A stretch of 64,000 bases of DNA. Origin: Bacteroidota bacterium. Lineage in GTDB: Bacteria; Bacteroidota; Bacteroidia; AKYH767-A; OLB10. Below, piece after piece: positions 45,798 through 57,028 of this stretch. How positions within the stretch are numbered: the first letter of the stretch is position 1; the number at the start of each line of letters is the position of its first letter. Below the pieces are notes generated by a model that had not been told where the DNA came from, ran no database searches, and was given only the letters and a program-made list of their open reading frames with translations. The position numbers and the translations under genes were made by a program. Location of the stretch: NCBI GenBank assembly GCA_016714005.1, contig JADJOA010000005.1, positions 35,027 through 99,026 on the forward strand. Direction: 5' to 3'.

Positions 45798-48700
45798 TTA
45801 TTTAGCTGCCGGGCTTTGCTCCATTGGTGCATTTTGCTTTAACCATGCTTCGCGGTATTCAGAAGGAACATCGTTAACATTGGGATAAAGGAATTTATCG
45901 GTGTAAGCACCCGGTGCTTTCTTCAGGCGTAAGTCTTCGTAACCTTTGCGCTTGGCTACCATGCGGTAGTCAAAGGCAGTGCCGTTGGCAGCAGTGGGTG
46001 CATGTACGGTAAAGGTGTTGCCGTTGTACTCAATCCACCAGTTGCCCATGTTGCCATTGGGTGTAATAAATGCATGCATAGGGTGTGTGGCGTTTATGGT
46101 TACGGTTTGTTCATAATCGGGCGCTACGGTAACGGTTGCCACTCCGTTTTGTATAGTGCCTTTGCCAAAGTCTTCAAACCAGTTTTCTGGCGACTCCTGG
46201 CTGTAAAGCTCCTTAGGCCCATCAGGCGTTTTAACGGTGGCAGCCTTGGTGCCTGTGCAGGTAAAGTTACCTGCTGCGTAAACACCATAAGCACCTGTGC
46301 CGCTGGCAGTGCCATAAACCCCATAGTTGTTTGTTGTACCTCCGGTAGCATTACCCAAAACCCCATAACGGCTTCCGGTACCGGCAAGGGTAGCAGCGGC
46401 ATTAACACCAATATATCCACCTAAAGCCCCTACTCCATAACCATAAAAGGGTGTGTTGTTGGTTGAGCCAAAAACACCATAATAATCTGCGCTGGTTATT
46501 GTGTTAATACCATTTACAACTCTGTTAGTGTTGCCTGTTACATCTAATTTATTGGAAGGTGCTGTGGTTCCAATACCCACGTTACCATTTCCATGTACAC
46601 GCATTTTAGTATTAGCCACAGCATTGCCTGCAACCCTAAAATCAATATAAGCATTTGCTCCATATACATTGGCTAAATAAACTCCATTGTCTGAGGTAAT
46701 TTCGCCCAGTTTACCCATTTTATAGCTCTGGCTGCCAAAAGAAATGGCATCGCCATCTCCGGCTGCATCTGCGCGGCTTACATCCAATTTGGTATCCGGT
46801 GATGTTGTTCCAATACCCACATTACCATTTCCTTGAATACGCATTAATTCATTAGAAGTGGTTGCAGATGCAGAGGCATAAAAAATATGGTTCGCTCCAG
46901 TATGTTCTACCTGGTATCGGAGAGCACCACCGTTTATTCCGAATCCATAAAATTGATGTTCGTTATTAGCCGCTTCATACAGAACCACTTTACGGTTTGT
47001 ACTGCATTAGATAATTGAAGTTGTGCATTAGGTGTGGTTGTTCCAATACCACGTTTCCACCATTGTTAAATATATTGCTTGAGTTTACTATCCATGATGT
47101 GCCATTCCAATAAGGCGTGTTGCCTGCCTGCTGCTGCCAAAAGGTTGGGGCCGGCAGGGCCGATAGGTCCTTGTGGGCCTGTGGCTCCAGGTTGCTCCAG
47201 TTGGGCCAGCAGGACCTGTAGCTCCTGTTGGGCCAGTTGGGCGAGTAGGGCCTGTTGCTCCAGTTGCACCAGTAGGTCCTGTGGCACCGGCACCAATCGA
47301 ATGCCATCCAAGGGAAGGGCTATTCATTTTTGTAGTAAAAACTAAATCGTATGCAGATACATTAACATTGTTATAGTAAAAACTTCCACTGGCATAAGGA
47401 TTGGTTGTATAAAGCAGGAATCCAAACGAATTTCCAGTAATTACCTCAAACGTATATGTGGTACCTGCCGTCAAAGCAGGAGGGCTTGTAATAACAAATT
47501 CTTGAAATGAACCAGATGCGCCCGCAACTGCTATTGACTGCGTTGCTAAAATAGCCCCCCGGTACCTACACCACTACGAATGTTCAGAGTTCCAGTTCCA
47601 GCATCGCCATCTCTCTTTAAAGAAATAGAATATAATGTGCCCGTTATATTGGGTACAAAAGATTGCGCGTGGTTACCATTACCATAGGCTGTTCCTCCAG
47701 CAGCACCGCTACTAACATCATTACTTGGTGTGACTCCATTGCCGATAGCTGTTGTATATGCCTGCGTGGTATTGTTTGTGGTGTTGTGAATAACCATGCC
47801 GGGTGTGGCAATAAGCGCATCGCGCTGGGTTTGTGTCATGCGGGGTACTAACACGGCACCGGTGGTGCTGGTTACATCAAGTGCTGCGCTGGTGTTGGGG
47901 CGTGGTGCCTATGCCTATGCGTGTGCCGTTATTATATAAGTTGCTTGAGTTGGTTATCCATGATGTGCCATCCCAATAAGGCGTGTTGCCTGCTGCTGCT
48001 CCACTGGTTAATAAACCTGCAGGGCCTGTTGGGCCTGCAGGACCAGTTGCACCTGTGGGGCCTGCAGGACCAGTTGCACCTGTAGGGCCAGCCGGACCTT
48101 GGCCAACTAAGCCTGCTGTTGATTGCCAACTTGCCAAGCCTGCTGCATCCGACATTAAAACCTTGCCTGCACCCCTGTGTGCCATCAGTAATCTTTACAG
48201 TACCTATTACATCTAACTTAGCAGCAGGGGTAGTAGTACCTAAGCTAAGATTACCATTAAAATCTATTTGAGCCTTGGGAGTTGCAAAATTGGCACCTGT
48301 GTAAAACCTTAAATAGTCGCTTCCATAGGTACCTCCAACAATTGCCTGGCCGGGCGTACCTGGCCGCCCAAACGTAAGCGATACATCATTTGCAGCCGGA
48401 AACACTGCAGTAGTATTACTATTGGTTAATGATAAACCTGTGCGGCTCATAATAGCAGCACCTGAAACTGCATTCACTTCTGTTTCTAATTTAGCATCCG
48501 GGCTAAGAGTACCTATACCCACATTGCCACCATTGTTATGTATATTGCTTGAGTTTACTATCCAGGAAGTGCCATTCCAATAAGGCGTGTTGCCTGCTGC
48601 TGCACCCGGGTTTAAGCCCGATGCGCCTTGTATGCCTTGTATGCCTTGTGCACCCGTTGCACCTGTTGGGCCGGTTGCTCTGTTAAACCAATTGGACCCT

Positions 48701-49970
48701 GAGCACCTGTTGCCCCTGTGGGGCCAGTTGCACCTGTTGCACCTGTTGGGCCGGTAGCTCCGGTTGCACCCGTTGCACCTGTTGCACCGGGAGAACCTAC
48801 ACCTACTGAATACCAGCCAAGGGATGTACCGCCTGTCATTTTAGTTTTAAAATATAAATCAGAGGCAGATTGGATGGCTCCGTTAGCGTATGCATTGCCA
48901 CCGGCATAAGGATTAGCTGTAGAAACTCTGAATCCGAATGAACCTCCTGTAACAACCTCAAAAGTATAAACGTTGCCCGACACCAAAGCAGGAGCGGCTG
49001 TAATAATAAATTCTTGTTCGGTACCCGCAGCAGCAGAAACAGTTATTGACTGTGTAGCTATAATAGCGCCCCCTGTGCCGGCTCCGTTGCGAATGTTCAT
49101 GGTATTAGTGCCACTACCTCCATCAATCAATAAAGTAATAGAGTATAAACTGCCTGTTACCGTGGGAACAAAGGATTGCCCATAAGTTACACCACCCAAG
49201 GTTGAAGTCCCTACCGTTTGGGAAATATTAACCGTAGGTGTGCCGGTGGTGCCCATTGTATAAGCCTGCGTGGTATTGCTGGTGGTGTTGTGTATAACCA
49301 TGCCGGGTGTGGCAACAAGTGCATCGCGCTGGGTTTGTGTCATGCGGGGCAATAACACGGCACCGGTAGTAGATGTTACATCAAGTGCTGCGCTGGTGTT
49401 GGGGCTTGTGGTTCCTATGCCTATGCGGCTTCCGTTGTTAAACAAAGTATTGTCGGCCACCCATGCAGTGCCGTTCCAGCGCATGGTGTTGCCGTTGGCT
49501 GTGCCTGCGGGCAAATCAGAACTCTTGCCTGCAAACAAAGCATAAGGCACGCTGTTAAGCTGCGTAGTGCCCATGTCGGTATAGCTTGTGCCTCCGGCAG
49601 GGTCCATTTCTACTTGTATAAACTTGGCGCCATTGCCCCAGTTTACTGCGGCAAGGGTTCCTATGCCCGGTGTGCCTGTGCCTATGTTTATATTAAACAA
49701 GCCAAGGGCTGTTGTTGTAGGCGTATGTGTTTCCTGGTACACTATGGTGCCGCCTGCTGTTACATCGCGTAAGCTTATGCGCAGGCCTATGGCTTGTGTA
49801 GGCAGAATTTCGCCACTGGCATTACGCGCCACTCCCTGGTAAGGGATGGCATTGGGCGATTGGGCTATTGTGGCAAAAGCCATTAGCCATAAAGCAAAAA
49901 CCATAAAGGCTGTTGCCATTGTCTTAGTACTTGGTACTGATGTACGGGTACTGTTTAGTGTGTGTTGCAT
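45798..49970 (-). CDS. Large repetitive surface protein, paralog B: signal peptide, conserved N-domain, two '[12 protein letters not shown]' modules each followed by a collagen-like (GATGPT)n tract, tail-fibre-like NVGIGTTxPxxKLDV repeats, conserved C-terminal domain; fragmented by frameshifts
   Basis: 48612-49970(-) N-terminal 452 aa incl. '[31 protein letters not shown]'; 47546-47854 and 47088-47474 form a second copy of the module; 45798-46988 holds the tail-fibre-like repeats and C-terminal domain (…[36 protein letters not shown]…) almost identical to 41524-41862. Confidence 0.55.
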
Positions 49971-50020
49971 ATTTGTTTGATGTTTAGTTATGGTGTTATT
50001 TGTTGTTAGTGTTGCTTTTA

Positions 50021-50056
50021 CTTAATCACTTAATTACCTCAATCCCCCAATTACCT
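50021..50056. repeat. Same 17-nt repeat family upstream of paralog B, only ~1.7 copies
   Basis: cttaatc acttaattacctcaatc ccccaattacc, followed (50057-50160) by a leader that is near-identical to 45340-45420. Confidence 0.8.
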
Positions 50057-50160
50057 TTTCTTTTAACGCCACAAAGATGCCGTGCTAAACCGCGCCCGTC
50101 AATCGTTCATTCCAATGAATTGGTGTGGTGATGGGTGTGGTTTTGTAGTTGATATCAATG

Positions 50161-50520
50161 ATGTAAGGGCAGATTCCTCACTGCGTTCGGAGTGACAAAC
50201 CTATTTGCTCTTAGAGATTCCTCACTGCGTTCGGAATGACAGTTGGTTGGTTTTATAAAGACTGAAATGGGAAAAGGAAGGGCGCGCTTTGCGCGCCCTT
50301 CCTTTTCCCATTTCAGTCACACGCCAGCTCAGCCCCTGTCATTCCGAACCCGCTTTTCGCGGGTGAGGAATCTCTCATTTCACAAGCATCGCACTGTCAT
50401 TCCGAAACGTAGTGAAGAATCTTTTCTTCCATGCAGTACATTGCAGTGTCATTCCGAGTGAAACGAGGAATCTACTCTTTAGCTTCACCAACATTAACAG
50501 ATTCCTCACTGCGTTAGTAA
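50161..50520. repeat. Cluster of 26-nt palindromic repeat units (gattcctcactgcgttcggaatgaca and its reverse complement) around a 27-bp-stem perfect palindrome; MITE/REP-like
   Basis: Forward units at 50172-50197 and 50215-50240; perfect palindrome 50263-50319 (ctgaaatgggaaaaggaagggcgcgc-tttg-gcgcgcccttccttttcccatttcag); inverted units at 50337-50372, 50395-50422 and 50447-50472; partial forward unit 50501-50516. Each unit conserves an ATTCC...GGAAT stem with a variable loop. Confidence 0.7.
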
Positions 50521-50614
50521 TCTAGGTATTTACTTAATCAATTACTTTTGCTTTTACCAATCTTACTCAGTAAAAAATAGAGATGTATTTAACTTTAATT
50601 CAGTAACAACTTAA

Positions 50615-50935
50615 ATGTTAATACACAACTACTTTGTTTATGTCTTAACTAATGCGAGCCACAAGGTTTTATACACTGGTGTAACAAACGATTTGACAAG
50701 AAGAATCTTTGAACACAAGAAAAAATTGGTTAAGGGATTTACCTCTAAATACAACACCAATAAGCTCGTCTATTTTGAACGATTTGATTATATAGATTTA
50801 GCTATTCATCGCGAAAAACAAATTAAGGGCTATTCACGTGAAAAAAAGGAATCCCTAATTAACTCATTTAATCCTTCATGGATGGAATTATATGACAATG
50901 GTAAAAATAGTGCTTCCTACCTAGTTAACTTATAA
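50615..50935 (+). CDS. GIY-YIG nuclease family protein (small, YhbQ/UPF0213-like)
   Basis: 'YFVYVLTNASHKVLYTGVTNDLTRRIFEHKK' = GIY-YIG motif (Y-x10-Y, then R, E); 106 aa; embedded between two clusters of the 26-nt palindromic repeats. Confidence 0.65.
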   Translation: MLIHNYFVYVLTNASHKVLYTGVTNDLTRRIFEHKKKLVKGFTSKYNTNKLVYFERFDYIDLAIHREKQIKGYSREKKESLINSFNPSWMELYDNGKNSASYLVNL

Positions 50936-50964
50936 AGATGCTAAAGCAGCGGCAAAGGCATTCC

Positions 50965-51380
50965 GCACCACCTATAGAAGATGCCTCAGTACGTTCGGAA
51001 TGACAATCGTATTTGTTCTTGAAGGATTCCTCACTGCGTTCCCAATGACAAACGTATTTGCTCGTAGAGATTCCTCACTGCGTTCCCAATGACAAACGTA
51101 TTTGCTCGTAGAGATTCCTCACTGCGTTCGGAATGACAAGAGCAGCGCGTGTTGGTGAGAGAAAGGGAAAAGCAAAGGCGAGCTTTGCTCGCCTTTGCTT
51201 TTCCCTTTTCTCTCTTGATATCTTCAACCAACTGTCATTCCGAACGCAGTGAGGAATCTATGCTTTTCCCTTTTCTCTCTTGATATCATCAACCAACCGT
51301 CATTCCGAACGCAGTGAGGAATCTCGTTTTCCATATAGTACATTGCACTTTCATTCCGAATGCATTTAGGAATCTCCTTA
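50965..51380. repeat. Second cluster of the 26-nt palindromic units incl. a 44-nt tandem duplication and a ~150-bp MITE-like element with perfect 26-bp terminal inverted repeats
   Basis: Forward units 51025-51050, 51069-51094 (44-nt tandem repeat), 51113-51138; perfect palindrome 51160-51217 (gagagaaagggaaaagcaaaggcgagc-tttg-gctcgcctttgcttttccctttctctc); inverted units 51233-51258 (exact reverse complement of 51113-51138), 51299-51324, 51350-51375. The right half (~64 nt) is tandemly duplicated (51195-51258 / 51261-51324). Confidence 0.7.
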
Positions 51381-51461
51381 CTTTAGTCAACTTCAAAAAA
51401 CCGAAGCCTTGTCAGATCAATTAGCATATAACAGCAAATCTCTTTTCTTTGTATCACCGCT

Positions 51462-54400
51462 ATGAAGCACCTCTGCTGTTTCCTTTCCTTCCTCATCCTC
51501 TGCCTCAGTACACATGCACAGTACAGCCCCGACTCTGTGCGCATGAACTTTGACAAAATCACCGTTGAAGACGGACTCTCGCAGGGCATGGTGCAATGCA
51601 TCATACAGGACAAAGATGGCTACATGTGGTTTTCAAGCAAGGATGGGCTTAACCGGTACGATGGCTACCACATCACCGTGTTTCGCAACAATCCCGATGA
51701 CCCGCACTCCCTGCCCGATAACTATGTAACCTTTATGCAGCAAGATGATAAAGGCAACTTTTGGATAGGAACCAGTTCAAAAGGCGTTTGCCTGTATGAT
51801 AAACGCAGCGAAAGGTTTTTTCCCATAGCTGCCGTAACCAATGCCCTTCAAAAAACGAAGATATTTATGCACTTAAAGTAGATAATAACAAACTATTAAT
51901 TTCCACCAATAACAGTGCCCATGCCTTTGATGTAAGCCGGCTTAAAGAAGGTAACTTTACCAATGAAAACCTCAGCCGCATCAAACTCCTGTATAACTAT
52001 AATGCATCGCAACCCTTACCATCACGAAAGTATCAACTGGGGCATGGCATTACACAGTTATGGTTAAGTGATAGTTCTTTATGGACTTACTTTCTTGACT
52101 CTGTTTGTATAACCACCTTCAGCAGTTCTTTTACCACGCCTGCATATACTTGTTTACCCGCCACACAACTGGGCACAAACGGAACCGAACGATACAGCAT
52201 TGCGGAATTACCGGGCATAAACAAGGTTACTCTTTTATGCTTAGATAAGCTTATCTTGTATGATACCAAACTGCGTAAGGTTACTTATACTACCGCTATC
52301 ACCAAAAATAATATTGGACAAGGAAGTTGTTTTACCGATAAGCAAAACAGGTTTTATTTTGATACTACCACAGGCAATTATTGTTTTAACCCTGCCACGT
52401 TTGAACTAACTCCTGTTGTAAGTAACATGGGTTCTTTCATTATCGCACTTAATAGCTGCACCGACCGCAGCGGCACCTTGTGGGTTGGCAGCAGCGGGCA
52501 TGGTATTTTTAAATACAACGCCCGCAAGCAATACTTTCGTAACCCGGGCATAGGCAGTTGGTATTATGCACAGGGCAAAACGGGTGAAATACTCATGTTT
52601 GACCCTGATGTTTTCCTGAAACGATTAAACCCTGTTACAGGTAAGGTTATTGGCACTGTTCCTTTTCCTAACAAAAAACCCGATGGCACTCTTTGGAATG
52701 ATGGGAGAGTATTAATAAATGGTATGCAATGCGATAAAGACGGAATAATTTGGATGGAATGCAATGACAAACCAATTTCTGAATATTTGCTTTGGTACAA
52801 TACGGCAAACAAGGCAATAGGCATAAAACAAATAGCTACAGCAGGCAGAGAACAGTATCGTAAATTGTTTATTGATAACAACAACCGCCTTTGGCTTGTT
52901 AAACACAATGCCAACCACAGCCGTAGTTGGATTGAGTTTGATAAAACCACCAAAGAACCTGTAAGAGAATACAAATTCCCAATTGAAAAGATTTAAACAC
53001 ATACCCCTTTGTATCTGATATGTGGCAGGATGCACAAGGTGTGTTTTGGTTTGGCACCATACAGGGCTTGTTTAGTTTTAATGAAAAGAAGAATGAATGG
53101 CATCAATGGAAAAACATTCCAAACAACAATGCTTCCCTTAGCGGGGATATGATATTCTCCCTTTGCCCCGATGCCAAACAACCCGATAAATATTTATGGG
53201 TAGGTACAAACGGTACTGGACTTAACCGTTTTGAGTACGCCACCGGCAAATGCATACGCTACACCGAAGCAGATGGACTGCCCAATAACGTTGTGTACTC
53301 CATGCTTAATGACAATGCAGGCAACTTATGGCTAAGCACTAATAACGGATTAAGTTGCATGCTCTCCGGCAAAGACTTCCGCAACTTTACTACCGATGAT
53401 GGCTTACCCGGCAATGAGTTTAACCGGTTCGAAAAGCTCAAACTAAGTTCGGACGAATTATTGTTTGGGGGTGTGGCAGGCGGCACTATCTTTAATCCTG
53501 CCGAAATACTAAAACAAAACCCTGCACCTAATTTGGTGCTTACCGGGCTATCTATCTACAACAAACCTGCAACCCACACCACCGATAGCACCATTATTCA
53601 AGCACCCATTGGGTATGCAAACACCATCACCCTTCCGCACAACAAAAACATGTTCACGCTGGAGTTTGCAGCATTAGAGTCATCACCTGCCAACAAAAAA
53701 CAATATGCTTACCGGTTATTGGGCTTTGACAACAACTGGATACCCAATGGTGCAAAGAATGCCGCCACCTATACCAACCTGCCTCACGGCAGCTACACCT
53801 TTCAGGTAAAAGGCGCAGGCAGCGATGGTGTTTGGAACGAGCAAGGCGCATCCATCAACATTATCATTCTTCCGGCCTGGTATCAAACGTGGTGGTTTAA
53901 GTTGGCAGTGTTGCTTGCTGTGGCAGGAGGTTTGTATGCACTTTACCGCTACCGCCTCAGGCAGCAACTCAAACTCCTCACCGTGCGCAACCGCATAGCA
54001 GCCGACTTGCACGATGAAATTGGCAGCACCCTCAGCAGCATTGCCCTGTCAAGTACTGTTATCCAAAACAAATTGAATGGCAGCGCCCCCGAAGTAAACA
54101 CACTGCTCAACCAAATTAGCACCAACACCAATAACATGATGGAAGCCATGAGCGACATTGTGTGGACCATCAACACCAAAAACGACAGGTTTGATAACGT
54201 CATCAACCGCATGCGCGCCTTTGCCATCGAGATATTAGAACCTAAGGATTGCCTCGTTCACTTTAATGCTTCCGAACAGCTAAACAACCTTACCCTTGAC
54301 ATGGCGCAGCGCAAGAACCTTTACTTGTTGTTTAAAGAAACCATTAACAATGCTGCCAAGTATTCGCATTGTCAAAACGTGTGGATTGACATTACCATGA

Positions 54401-54609
54401 ACGGAAGCAACAAGCTTATGCTAAAGATTAAAGACGATGGCGTTGGGTTTGCCACACATGCCACTGTAGGTAGCAATGGTAAAAGCGAAGCCTTTGGTGG
54501 CAACGGCTTAGCCAGCATGCGCAAACGCGCCCACGAGTTGGAAGGAACAGTAACCATCAATTCAGAAATAAACAAAGGAACTGAAGTGGTATTAGAGTTT
54601 AAGATTTAA
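51462..54609 (+). CDS. Hybrid-architecture sensor histidine kinase: signal peptide, two-component-regulator beta-propeller repeats, Y_Y_Y domain, TM helix, HisKA_3 + HATPase; broken into >=4 ORFs by frameshifts
   Basis: Propeller repeats ('YMWFSSKDGLNRYDGYHITVF', 'FWIGTSSKGVCLYD', 'LWVGTNGTGLNRFEY', 'LWLSTNNGLSC'); Y_Y_Y-like 'KKQYAYRLLGFDNNWIPNGAKNAATYTNLPHGSYTFQVKG'; TM 'WWFKLAVLLAVAGGLYALY'; H-box 'RIAADLHDEIGSTLSSIAL'; G-boxes 'DDGVGF', 'GNGLASMRKRAHELEG'. Confidence 0.7.
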
Positions 54610-54663
54610 AAATCATTGGTATCAATGATTGCATCATAACATAACATCCATCATCTTTGCCCC

Positions 54664-55338
54664 ATGCAAACAATAAAGGTAGCCGTATTTGACGATAACA
54701 ACCCACGCAGGGAGTTATTGCAACTCCTGCTTAACAGCAGCTAAGGACTTACATGCACAGGCGCGTATGAAGACTGCCGCAATGTGGTAAGTAACATAAC
54801 TGCCAATATACCTGATGTGGTGCTGATGGATATTGACATGCCTTACGTTAACGGCATTGAAGGATTAAAACTTATCCGCAAACATGTTCCCGATGTTAAG
54901 GTACTTATGCAAACCATTTTTGAAGACGAGGATAAGATATTTGATGCCATAGTTGCCGGTGCCGATGGTTACCTGCTAAAGAAAACACCGCCCGCCAAAC
55001 TCCTCGAAGCCATTGCCGATGTAGTACAAGGTGGCGCACCCATGACACCTACCGTAGCCTAACAAGTGCTGATGCTTTTCCACAACAAACACCACAGCAT
55101 TCCCAAAAACAACTTTGACCTTACCACCCGCGAACAAGAAATACTTGGCTACCTGGTACAGGGATTAAGCTATAAGATGATAGCTGCCAAATGCAACATC
55201 AGCTACCCAACGGTTAACTCGCACATAAGCCACATTTACGAAAAGCTTCACGTTAGCTCAGGCACCGAAGCAGTGGCTAAAGCTATTGAGCATAACATTA
55301 CGGGGTCAAATAAAATTTCGATGTTGCTGAGTTTTTAA
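54664..55338 (+). CDS. Response regulator, NarL/LuxR family (REC + HTH_LuxR), 2 apparent frameshifts (~54740, ~55062)
   Basis: 'MQTIKVAVFDDN' start; 'PDVVLMDIDMPYVNGIEGLKLIRKHVPDVKVLMQTIFEDEDKIFDAIVAGADGYLLKKTPPAKLLEAI' (REC); 'LTTREQEILGYLVQGLSYKMIAAKCNISYPTVNSHISHIYEKL' (LuxR HTH). Confidence 0.7.
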
Positions 55339-55389
55339 ATAGTGTTTTACCATTCACTAAAAAATTACATACACTATAATCCAAACTGC

Positions 55390-56271
55390 TTAAATAATTT
55401 TATAGTTCCTGTATTCACCAACCCGCCAGCCAGTTACTTTTTCAATTCCATGAAGTAACTTTCCCTTAGTTGAAAATCTTTTTCTGAATGGGTCAAAATC
55501 AAAATGCCAGTTTTTTTCGGCAATTCTTTTTTGCATAACAGATGGATGTGTACCGGTAAATCTTTTTAAAGAGTCTATGCCTGTGTAATCAAACTCATCA
55601 GCTTTAGCAACATTTTTTTCTACCCAGTCATCGTTATGCCAAAGTTTATGAAACTGTTTTTGTTTTTCCTGCTGCTTTGATGGTGGCTTTACCCAGCCAT
55701 AGTGATAAACCTCTGCATCTACGGGTTTTACTTTCATCAGCCTGTTATCAATCCTAAAGCCTTGCGCATCTCTAAAAGACTTAACACCGGCATTATTTCT
55801 CACCACACGTATTTCATTTCGGTACCATTTGCGCGAGTCGCCAATAAAATCGTAAGAGCCGTAAAAGTGAACATACTTCAGTAGAAGACCTTCAACTCTT
55901 TTGTCATCTTTAAACTTCAGCATCGCTTCCCGCAAAGCTTTGTGGTGTTTTTCATGTATTACTTCATCTGCCTGCATATAAAAAGCCCAGTCACTGTCTT
56001 TCGAAACCTTTTGCAAAGCTTTATCTGTTTCGGCAGCAAGCGCTCTGCCGCCTTCGCGCAAAGAATCATCCCAAATGCTGTCAAATATTTTTATTTTGGG
56101 TGATGTAATGGACTCAATCAAACCTCTTGTTTCATCTTCGGAATTACCAACCAAAACGATCATCTCATCACACAAAGGAAGAATAGAGTTGATGGATTCA
56201 ACAACGGGATAATCAAACTTTATGGCGTTGCGCACAAAAGTAAATCCGCTTACTTTAACATCTTTACTCAT
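55390..56271 (-). CDS. Glycosyltransferase-like protein (293 aa)
   Basis: N-terminal 'VSGFTFVRNAIKFDYPVVESINSILPLCDEMIVLVGNSED' resembles GT-A fold glycosyltransferases; translationally coupled (ATGA) to the upstream GT2 gene; intact ORF. Confidence 0.45.
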   Translation of the reverse strand: MSKDVKVSGFTFVRNAIKFDYPVVESINSILPLCDEMIVLVGNSEDETRGLIESITSPKIKIFDSIWDDSLREGGRALAAETDKALQKVSKDSDWAFYMQADEVIHEKHHKALREAMLKFKDDKRVEGLLLKYVHFYGSYDFIGDSRKWYRNEIRVVRNNAGVKSFRDAQGFRIDNRLMKVKPVDAEVYHYGWVKPPSKQQEKQKQFHKLWHNDDWVEKNVAKADEFDYTGIDSLKRFTGTHPSVMQKRIAEKNWHFDFDPFRKRFSTKGKLLHGIEKVTGWRVGEYRNYKII

Positions 56272-57028
56272 GGTTGTTTTCCTTTATAAAGATTTTTAAG
56301 CTTAACGTATTTTAAAAAAGTAGAGTAGGAGTTGTTGCGGCAAATGATGTAACCGTAAAAGCCATCTCGCCAGCCGCTCAACAAAAAATAATCGCGCACA
56401 AAACGGTAAAACGGGTTAAACAAAATTTTAAACCAACTGCTTTTTTTTCCTGACTTAAATTCTGCGCAGCACTAATGCTGCTGAACTTGTTGAGTTGAAT
56501 AATATGCTCTTCTAAAGTGTAATAGCTGTAATGTAAAATATCGCCTTTGAGATGAATAATTGTATTTCTGTTTTCAGGAATCAACTCATCGTGCGGGTTA
56601 ACACCACCCCATTTGGCAGTTTTGTGTTTAATGAGTCGTACTTTTTTATCAGGGTACCAGCTACCGTGTTTAATCCATTGCCCGCAATAATTTGTGAGCC
56701 GGTTCATTGAATAAGAATTATTTGCTGCCGATGTTTTAACCAAACTGATTTCTTGCTTCAACTCATCGCTTAAAGCCTCGTCAGCATCAAGCGATAAAAT
56801 AAAATCGGAAGTTGCCTGGTCTAATGCAAAGTTCTTTTGTTCAATATGTCCTTTAAAGGGGTTTTGAATAAAAGTTGCTCCGTATTCTTTACAAATGGCT
56901 TCAGTTCTGTCTGTACTAAAGCTGTCAACCACAATAATTTCATCGGCAATTTCTTTAACCGAAGCTAAGCATCTGCCAATGTTCTTTTCCTCGTTAAGCG
57001 TTATAATTACTACCGATAGTGTTGTCAC
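56269..57028 (-). CDS. Family 2 glycosyltransferase (WaaE/KdtX-like LPS core type), frameshift in an A8 homopolymer near 56440
   Basis: 'LSVVIITLNEEKNIGRCLASV...IIVVDSFSTDRTEAI...LSLDADE' GT2 DxD-type motifs; C-terminus '...GWRDGFYGYIIC...' readable in another frame after 'gaaaaaaaagc'. Confidence 0.6.

Noticed and set aside
42430-48909. Plus-strand ORFs reading '[19 protein letters not shown]' (42481-42771, 47173-47376, 47983-48216, 48718-48909)
   Set aside because: These are the reverse complements of the minus-strand collagen-like GXY tracts (GGN/NCC symmetry gives an open mirror frame); real coding strand is minus, consistent with flanking domains.
41524-49970. Possibility that the tail-fibre-like paralogs mark a prophage or a diversity-generating retroelement target
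   Set aside because: No integrase, terminase, capsid, baseplate or reverse-transcriptase genes and no template-repeat/variable-repeat pair with adenine-specific differences are visible in the window. The similarity is at motif level only.
51025-51140. Repeat-spacer-repeat pattern (26-nt palindromic unit + 18-nt spacer, 3 units) that superficially resembles a mini CRISPR array
   Set aside because: The 'spacers' are identical to each other (aacgtatttgctcgtaga), so this is a tandem duplication, not a CRISPR array. No cas genes nearby; units also occur inverted.
50243-51231. ORFs 50243-50461(+) and 51031-51231(-) lying entirely within the palindromic repeat clusters
   Set aside because: Composed of repeat-unit translations with no start context or homology; overlap perfect palindromes.
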